Virus record (IMG/VR): IMGVR_UViG_3300037119_001810
Span: 1 to 60,930 of that record
From: a virus
Lineage: Duplodnaviria; Caudoviricetes
Strand: one strand, 5' to 3'
Length of the DNA stretch: 60,930 nt
The first letter of the stretch is position 1; each line of letters begins with the position of its first letter. Made by a program: the position numbers and the translations under genes. Positions 55,559 through 60,930 of this stretch are shown here, piece after piece. The notes beneath the pieces are model-generated. The model did not search any database. It was not told the origin of the DNA and saw only the letters and a list, made by a program, of their open reading frames with translations.

Positions 55559-57337
55559 TCAGAACGATCCGTTTGCCACCGAGTCACCGAGGCCGTTCAG
55601 GGTGAGAGCACCCTGCTCGCCAGCGGTGTTGACCGGGATGGTGAGCCGGGTCACGCCGTAGCCCGCCGGGGCCACGAGGATTCCCTGCTCGAAGAACACG
55701 CCGGTGTACTCGTTCACCGACAGGCTGGCCGCGTCGTAGACGGCGGACAGGTTCACCACGTCCTCGACGGCCTTGACGACCGCGCCGGAGGGCTTCATCA
55801 GCGCCGGGAACTCGCCGGGCAGAACCGCGTTCGGCCCGTCCAGTTCCTCGAAGTCCGCCACGTACTCGACCGAGAGGTTCCGGTCGGTGAAGTGGCGAGC
55901 GATGTCACCGTCGGACACGGAGTCCTTGGCGACGCCGTTGCGACGGCTGATGTCCGCACGGAACACCTCCTCGACCCACTCCGGCAGCGTGACCTCGATG
56001 ACGGCGCGCCGTCCGAGGTTCCACTTCCGGCGCTCCTTGACGGCCACGATGCACATGGCCTCCAAGGCGTCGGTGAACGACGGGCCGTAGCCCGCGAACC
56101 CGGCGTCGACGGCCAGCGCGTTCAGGTCGTTGATGAGGCGAGCGTTGACCTTGTGCGCGTAGAGCACGTTGGCGAAGCGGAGCGCGTCCGTGATGAGTTC
56201 CGGGTACGCCTTCTGCGTGAGCAGAGGGATCTTGTAGCAGTACCCGATGGCGTCGAGGCGGTAGTCCTCGAAGTCCGGGCAGACGATGGTCTCGCACGTC
56301 TTGACCGTGCTCGCCTCCGCCTGCGCCTCGGTCTGGACGAACCCGAAGTCGGTCAGCGCGGTGTCCTGCGAGGAGCGCGCCGGGCCGGTGGTGATGTTGA
56401 TGCCACCACGCGGGGCGTTGACCTCGGGCAGGGTGAGCAGCCCGTCCACCACGTAGTCCGCGATGTAGGAGTACACGTTTTCCGACGGTGCGCACCAGCC
56501 AGCAGCCGTGAGCGCGTCCTCCGCGCCCCCGCCCATGCGGGCCTTGATCGCGGCCCGGACGACGGAGTAGTCGTCGCTCGACTTCGACGCCGTGACGGTG
56601 GCGTCGAACGGGATGCCGAACGAGGCGACCCCGAACTTGTTGAGGACGGGCTGGCCCCCGGACTGGCTGGCGACCGAGCGGGCCGACTGCGCGTTGAAGG
56701 GCGAGAAGCCCTTCACCCGGTTGAGCAGCGCCTTGGTGACCTGCTCCATGCCGTCGAGCGACTGCCCGGTGGCGAAGCCCTGCACGTCGGCGGCTGCCGT
56801 GATGGTGACCTGCGGGGTGGACGCGACCGCCGGGCGCTTGGCCTTGCGACCCACCCGACGGGCGGCGCTCGGCTTGACGCGCTGGCTCTTGGTGTGGTCC
56901 ACGCCAGAGGCGGTGGTCACGGCGTCGGCGTCAGCGTCGGCCTCCTCGGAGTCAGCGTCCTCGGCCTCGTCAGCGTCGGCCTCGTCAGCGTCAGCCTCGT
57001 CGGCGTCCTCGGCGTCCTCGTCGTCCTCGTCGGCGTCGGCGTCCTCGGACGACTCCACGCCGTCGTTGACACCGAAGGACTCGCGGGCGGCGGAGAAGCG
57101 GTCGGCGGCGTCCTTGACGGCGGCAGCGCGGGTGGCCTGCTCGCCCTCGATGGCCTTGACGGAGGCGACCAGCGCCTCCGCCGTGTCGACCTCCGCGATG
57201 GAGGGCTCCTTGATGGCGAACAGGGTCGTGGCCTCGTCCCGCTGCTCGGTGAGCGCGGCGGTGAGCGCGTCGTTGTCCATGTCAGCGAAGGCGCTGGTGC
57301 GCTCCTCGTCCGTCATGGCGGAGAAGTTGATCTTCAT
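55559..57337 (-). CDS. Major capsid (hexamer) protein with N-terminal scaffold and acidic linker
   Basis: LTAAGWCAPSENVY, LPEVNAPRGG, K.C..I.CP.F, YDA..L..N.YT..F.E; GAAGGGA RBS. Confidence 0.88.
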   Translation of the reverse strand: MKINFSAMTDEERTSAFADMDNDALTAALTEQRDEATTLFAIKEPSIAEVDTAEALVASVKAIEGEQATRAAAVKDAADRFSAARESFGVNDGVESSEDADADEDDEDAEDADEADADEADADEAEDADSEEADADADAVTTASGVDHTKSQRVKPSAARRVGRKAKRPAVASTPQVTITAAADVQGFATGQSLDGMEQVTKALLNRVKGFSPFNAQSARSVASQSGGQPVLNKFGVASFGIPFDATVTASKSSDDYSVVRAAIKARMGGGAEDALTAAGWCAPSENVYSYIADYVVDGLLTLPEVNAPRGGINITTGPARSSQDTALTDFGFVQTEAQAEASTVKTCETIVCPDFEDYRLDAIGYCYKIPLLTQKAYPELITDALRFANVLYAHKVNARLINDLNALAVDAGFAGYGPSFTDALEAMCIVAVKERRKWNLGRRAVIEVTLPEWVEEVFRADISRRNGVAKDSVSDGDIARHFTDRNLSVEYVADFEELDGPNAVLPGEFPALMKPSGAVVKAVEDVVNLSAVYDAASLSVNEYTGVFFEQGILVAPAGYGVTRLTIPVNTAGEQGALTLNGLGDSVANGSF

Positions 57338-57476
57338 GGCCGGTGTCCCTTCTAGACCTTGGCTCTGGACTGGGTTGACAAGTTCAGGGTGTTGCAGAGG
57401 TCGAGGGCACCTAGGCTCCTACGCGGCTGACCGTAGCACACGTTTCTGGAAACGCGCTAGGGATCGGCACGGATTG

Positions 57477-58487
57477 CTAGATGATCCGCTCGATCCGCAT
57501 ACGGCTGCCGAGCAGGACCGAGGTCTGCACGGCGGTGGCGGTGTTCTGCGCCCACTGGAACGTCACGTCGCCGGGAGTGGCCCCGATGGTGACGCTCGCC
57601 CGGAGGTGGACCTCGGTGGTGGCGGACGGAGAGACGCCGACACCCTTGACCCCTCCGAACGCCGAGCCGGGGGGCCACGGCGCAACGTCGATGCTGCCGG
57701 ACGTGCCTGTCAGCGCGAGGTCGGGGACCAGCCCGAAGCCGCCCCACGTACCACCAGCGGGACCGTTGAGCGTGCATTTGAAGTCCGCCGCTGACGACGA
57801 TCCCGTCACCGTCAGGAACAGCGTGAGGTTGAGTTCGTACACCGCGTTGGCGAGGCCGGGGAACGTGAGGTGCAGGTCGTTCACGAGGACCGACGAGTTC
57901 GTGAGGTTCTGGGTGGCGCTCTTGCGCCGCCACTGCACTGAGCCCACGCCATCGACCGGCGGGGTCTTGTACCAGACCGGCAGCCAGTTCGTGCCGTCGC
58001 TGACCATGATCTGGTCGGTGTCGATTTCATAGATCAGCAAGCCCTCGCGGTGCGTGGGCCGGGCCGACGAGAGCGCCTGCGGGAGCGACGAGGCGGCAAC
58101 CGCTGCCGCGACGAACGCCGTGGTGGCGATGCTGGTGTCAGCGTCAGCCACCGCCGGGGTGGGTGCCTGCGGGTTCCCGGTGAACACGGGGGACGCCAGC
58201 GACGCCTTGCCTGCGAGGTCTGCTGCCAGCGCGTCGTTGATCGCGTCCTGAGCCGAGGTGATCGGCTTGTCCATGTCAGCGGTGTTGTCGACCTGATCCA
58301 GCCCCACGTCCGCCTTGGTGGCGACGACGGCGGACACCTCGTAGGCCAGATCGTTCCACGCGGTCACGCCGTCGCCCGTCTTGGACTTGCGCGTGTTCCT
58401 CTCGTGGCCCCGCTCACCATCCTGCAGGACAGGGTTCTCTGCGGCCCAGTTGGCGGCGGAGTCGGTCCGCGAGCGAATGTGCGTCAT
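57477..58487 (-). CDS. Fibre protein with hyaluronidase/Mtd-type N-terminal domain
   Basis: R.DSAANWAAENPVL.DGE.G.E..T...K.GDG.TAWNDLAY; KADVGL..VDNT.D..KP; SPVFTG.P.APT. Confidence 0.75.
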   Translation of the reverse strand: MTHIRSRTDSAANWAAENPVLQDGERGHERNTRKSKTGDGVTAWNDLAYEVSAVVATKADVGLDQVDNTADMDKPITSAQDAINDALAADLAGKASLASPVFTGNPQAPTPAVADADTSIATTAFVAAAVAASSLPQALSSARPTHREGLLIYEIDTDQIMVSDGTNWLPVWYKTPPVDGVGSVQWRRKSATQNLTNSSVLVNDLHLTFPGLANAVYELNLTLFLTVTGSSSAADFKCTLNGPAGGTWGGFGLVPDLALTGTSGSIDVAPWPPGSAFGGVKGVGVSPSATTEVHLRASVTIGATPGDVTFQWAQNTATAVQTSVLLGSRMRIERII

Positions 58488-59329
58488 ACCGCTTGTCCTC
58501 CATAGATGATCCACGGGCTGGTGTCCGCTGCGTCTCCACCGTCGATCACGTCGGCGGAGGTAACACTAGCGCTTCCCCCGTAGATTACGTCCTCGGTCTC
58601 TTGGATTCCGGCAACCTCGGCGGGTGGCAGACCAGTGGTCAGTGCAGTCCGGAACAGGGTGTTTCTGGAAACCACCTCGACCAGCCGCTCGTGCGGGCCT
58701 TCCAGATCATAGGGGCCGACGCCCCAGCGCGGCACCTTCCGGGCCTGAGCCCGGCGCAGGTTGAATGACACGAGGCCGTTCTTGAACTCGAATCCGGAGA
58801 TGTAGCCGCCCTTCAAGTACGGGAACACCGTGTAGCCGTACTCACGCACACCGTCGATGCACGCGGTCCCGGCCAACTTCGACCAGACCTCCATGCCGAA
58901 CGACGCAGCCGGGCGACGGGTCTCGGAGTCGAAGCCGACCACCGGGTTCTCGCCGTCCTCGGGGAGCACCCCGCCGAACGGGCTCGACCCGAACGGGGCC
59001 TCACCGAAGCCGAGCAGGTCGCCACGTTGGGTGATGAGCGGCACTCCGGCGACGAGGCTGAGGACACCGGGGTCGACGCGCAGAAAGTCGATGTCGATGG
59101 AGTAGTTGATGACCTGATCCGGGCGGACGAAGTGCAGCCGGTTGTCGTTGTCGTTCTCCTCGCTGCCCAGCAACTCGTTGGACCCGGCCTCGGTGGACTC
59201 GTTGACCGTCACCTTGGCGACCGACTTCGAGACGGCGAAGTTGATTGGGTGCGGGATGCTCCCTCGCCGGTCCAGCCCGGTGACGCGCAGCGCAGAGCCG
59301 CGCACCATGGCGTAGCACCTAGTGGTCAC
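58484..59329 (-). CDS. Second, divergent major-tail-protein paralogue
   Basis: Aligns by eye with 53639-54337 (TT.CYA.VRGS..RVT.LD, VDP...SL..G.P, VVGFD, EVWS..AG.AC, GYTVFP.LKGG, WGVGP.D). Confidence 0.75.
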   Translation of the reverse strand: MTTRCYAMVRGSALRVTGLDRRGSIPHPINFAVSKSVAKVTVNESTEAGSNELLGSEENDNDNRLHFVRPDQVINYSIDIDFLRVDPGVLSLVAGVPLITQRGDLLGFGEAPFGSSPFGGVLPEDGENPVVGFDSETRRPAASFGMEVWSKLAGTACIDGVREYGYTVFPYLKGGYISGFEFKNGLVSFNLRRAQARKVPRWGVGPYDLEGPHERLVEVVSRNTLFRTALTTGLPPAEVAGIQETEDVIYGGSASVTSADVIDGGDAADTSPWIIYGGQAV

Positions 59330-59330
59330 G

Positions 59331-59486
59331 TCACGCCTCCTGCGGCGTGTACGTCCCGCCCTTCCGGAGCACCTTCGCCTTGGCCTGAATCTCGGTGTCG
59401 TACACGATGGTGACTGCCTCACCCTCGGCGTTCAGCCCGGTCCAGACGTACTTGGCGCTCTTGCGCTTGGTGCAGGAGCACGCCAT
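59331..59486 (-). CDS. 51-aa conserved-type head-module protein (MACSC...)
   Basis: MACSCTKRKSAKYVWTG...YDTEIQAKAKVLRKGGTY; TGATG coupling to the protease stop. Confidence 0.7.
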   Translation of the reverse strand: MACSCTKRKSAKYVWTGLNAEGEAVTIVYDTEIQAKAKVLRKGGTYTPQEA

Positions 59487-60930
59487 CAGGACCACTCCGC
59501 CCGCAAGGCGTCCATGCGGACCTCCGCGTCGACCATCGCAAGGGCAGCCATCCGCTCCGCCGGGGTGGGCTCGCAGCCGTCGGTGGTGTTGCCGAACGTG
59601 GACGCGACCAGAGTCTCCACCTCACCCGCGTCGTCACGCACCACAGCGAAGCCGGGCACGTTGACGGCCTGCAGGGCTCGCAGGTCCCCGTACTTCCACT
59701 CACCGCTCACCTGACCGGCTGCCTCGATCAGAACGATGTCCTCCTCGGGCACTGTGGGCAGCACCACGCCGGAGAACCAGACGCCCCGGTCATCGACGCC
59801 CAGCCGGACCGAGGCCCACGCGTGCGCGATGTTGTCGAAGTGCTGCTGCTCGGCGGTCTCGGTGAGGATGCGCTGTGCGCCTCGGTGGTCGACCTTGTAG
59901 GTGATGACGCCCGTGTTCAGGTAGCCGCCCTGTGTCTTGGTCCGACCGAGGTGGAAGTAGGGGAACTCGCCGTCCTCGGGCTCCGGCACCTCGACGCAGC
60001 GACCGTCGATCCCGATGTGGCAGATGCCCCACTCCCCGGCGTAGCCGTAGGTGCGCCGGATGCCCTGCTCGTCGGGCTCCTCGATGACCGTCGCGCCCGT
60101 GTCGGGGTGACGGTCGAAGTAGGTGGCGGGCGGGGTGACCCGACCTCCGCCCGCCGACGAGACGAGCACGGCCTCCCAGCCAGCGCCCGACTCGTCCGAC
60201 TCGATGGACTCGTCAGCGGCGATGGCCGTCTCGTAGTCGCCGTACAGGTCGAGGCTGGTGTCCTCGTTGGAGGCATGGGTCGCAGCGCGGCGTCGGTTCT
60301 CCGGGGTGTTGGGCGCGTTGCCCGGCTTGCCGAGTTCGCCGGGCCAGTAGCCGAGCGCGTCGTGGTGCCACTGCGCGATGATCTGGTTGAGGTACTTCAT
60401 GTCCTCCGGGGAGTTGGCCGCGATCTTCTCACCGATCAACTTCTTGGCGCGGGTGAAGTCGCCAGCCGTGCCCCATCCGATCTTCGCGTAGCCGGGCTGG
60501 CCCTTCTTGGTCCAGTAGTCGTGGATGCGCTTGGTCTCCTTGGGGTTGGTCACCCAGCCCGGACCACGGTCGAAGGACACGAGGTCGCCGGAGGCGCGCA
60601 GCACGGCGAACTCCTCGGACTCCTCGGCAGGCATGTCCGGGTGGGGGCCGAAGGCGACGTACGCCTCGGAGAACGCAGGGATCGCCACGGCGGTCAGGCC
60701 AGCGGCGCGAACGGCCTCGAACCACATCACTCCGGTGGCGTTGGCCTTCTCCATGTCGAGCGCGCCCTTGTCACCGTCGACAGAGACGCCGAACCGCCCG
60801 TAGAACGCCAGCCACTCCGCGAACTCGCCCGCCTCGGGGGTGGGCATGAGCGCACCCTCCCAGTGGATCATCCCGTCCTTGCGCATGAGCCGGTCGACCG
60901 AGCCCACGGCGACACTGCCGTCGTGCTGCT
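59486..60930 (-). CDS. C-terminal part of the capsid maturation protease fusion (starts at 821/800/335 across the junction)
   Basis: GVSVD, LTAVAIPAFSEA, W..CHIG, V..G.D.RG.W.SG, SGEW...L..VNVPGF motifs of actinophage head proteases. Confidence 0.8.
   Translation of the reverse strand, partial: QHDGSVAVGSVDRLMRKDGMIHWEGALMPTPEAGEFAEWLAFYGRFGVSVDGDKGALDMEKANATGVMWFEAVRAAGLTAVAIPAFSEAYVAFGPHPDMPAEESEEFAVLRASGDLVSFDRGPGWVTNPKETKRIHDYWTKKGQPGYAKIGWGTAGDFTRAKKLIGEKIAANSPEDMKYLNQIIAQWHHDALGYWPGELGKPGNAPNTPENRRRAATHASNEDTSLDLYGDYETAIAADESIESDESGAGWEAVLVSSAGGGRVTPPATYFDRHPDTGATVIEEPDEQGIRRTYGYAGEWGICHIGIDGRCVEVPEPEDGEFPYFHLGRTKTQGGYLNTGVITYKVDHRGAQRILTETAEQQHFDNIAHAWASVRLGVDDRGVWFSGVVLPTVPEEDIVLIEAAGQVSGEWKYGDLRALQAVNVPGFAVVRDDAGEVETLVASTFGNTTDGCEPTPAERMAALAMVDAEVRMDALRAEWS

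Larger units (their letters stand above)
348..58672. repeat. Genome-wide dispersed 12-bp palindrome GTTTCYRGAAAC, >=53 copies
   Basis: Starts at 348,1235,2663,2809,3877,6239,6940,8319,9536,10237,11029,11591,12304,13255,14309,14731,15764,16275,17175,17635,18468,19338,20049,20593,21801,22700,23510,24562,25836,26712,27579,28929,29647,31477,32273,33360,34803,35484,36526,37681,39382,40626,41978,44750,45956,47525,49560,49955,51314,53559,55532,57442,58661. Confidence 0.97.

Noticed and set aside
56925-57055. Tandem GCGTCGGCCTCGTC-type repeats (also 17250-17520 and 26440-26645)
   Set aside because: They are explained by low-complexity acidic linkers in the capsid, VWA and SSB proteins.
348-58672. 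12-bp motif as an IS end, REP element or canonical parS
   Set aside because: There is no transposase or target duplication, most copies lack a larger repeat body, the centre is 2 bp shorter than parS, and no ParA/ParB gene is recognisable.
60805-60930. 126-bp terminal direct repeat as a biological DTR
   Set aside because: Its length fits an assembler k-mer overlap and it interrupts an essential ORF, so it indicates circular assembly only.
1-60930. tRNA genes, integrase/attP, CI repressor, reverse transcriptase or DGR
   Set aside because: No cloverleaf with a T-loop signature, recombinase motifs or YxDD RT motif was seen by eye. A tRNAscan/HMM run would be needed to exclude them formally.

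Overview
The window is an essentially complete, circularly assembled genome (~60.8 kb unique; bases 2-127 are repeated at 60805-60930) of a high-GC, long-tailed dsDNA phage of Actinobacteria. No integrase or CI-type repressor is evident. There are two arms. The leftward arm (8.1 kb -> 1, continuing through 60.9 kb -> 36.5 kb) carries packaging, head, lysis and tail genes. The rightward arm (9.0 -> 36.5 kb) carries many tiny early genes, a MoxR AAA+/VWA pair, an ART-like protein, a VRR-NUC nuclease, a DUF2800 exonuclease, SSB, a family A DNA polymerase, an SNF2 helicase, a primase-polymerase, an AAA helicase and a Stealth-like transferase. The most striking signals are not genes. (1) A 12-bp palindrome GTTTCYRGAAAC occurs at least 53 times (manual count), spread about once per 1.1 kb over the whole genome, including inside essential ORFs. 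(2) A second, 18-bp palindrome GGTGCTA-N4-TAGCACC occurs ~24 times, almost all in the early region. (3) Long intergenic hairpin cassettes share a conserved internal loop and are capped by motif 2. (4) A ~500-nt, apparently non-coding and highly structured segment lies at the divergence point of the two arms. The ORF track also misses a Nudix hydrolase fused in frame to the capsid protease across the assembly junction, a 47-aa metallothionein-like Cys-rich gene and a second ribbon-helix-helix gene. All calls rest on manual motif reading and synteny; no database searches were run.
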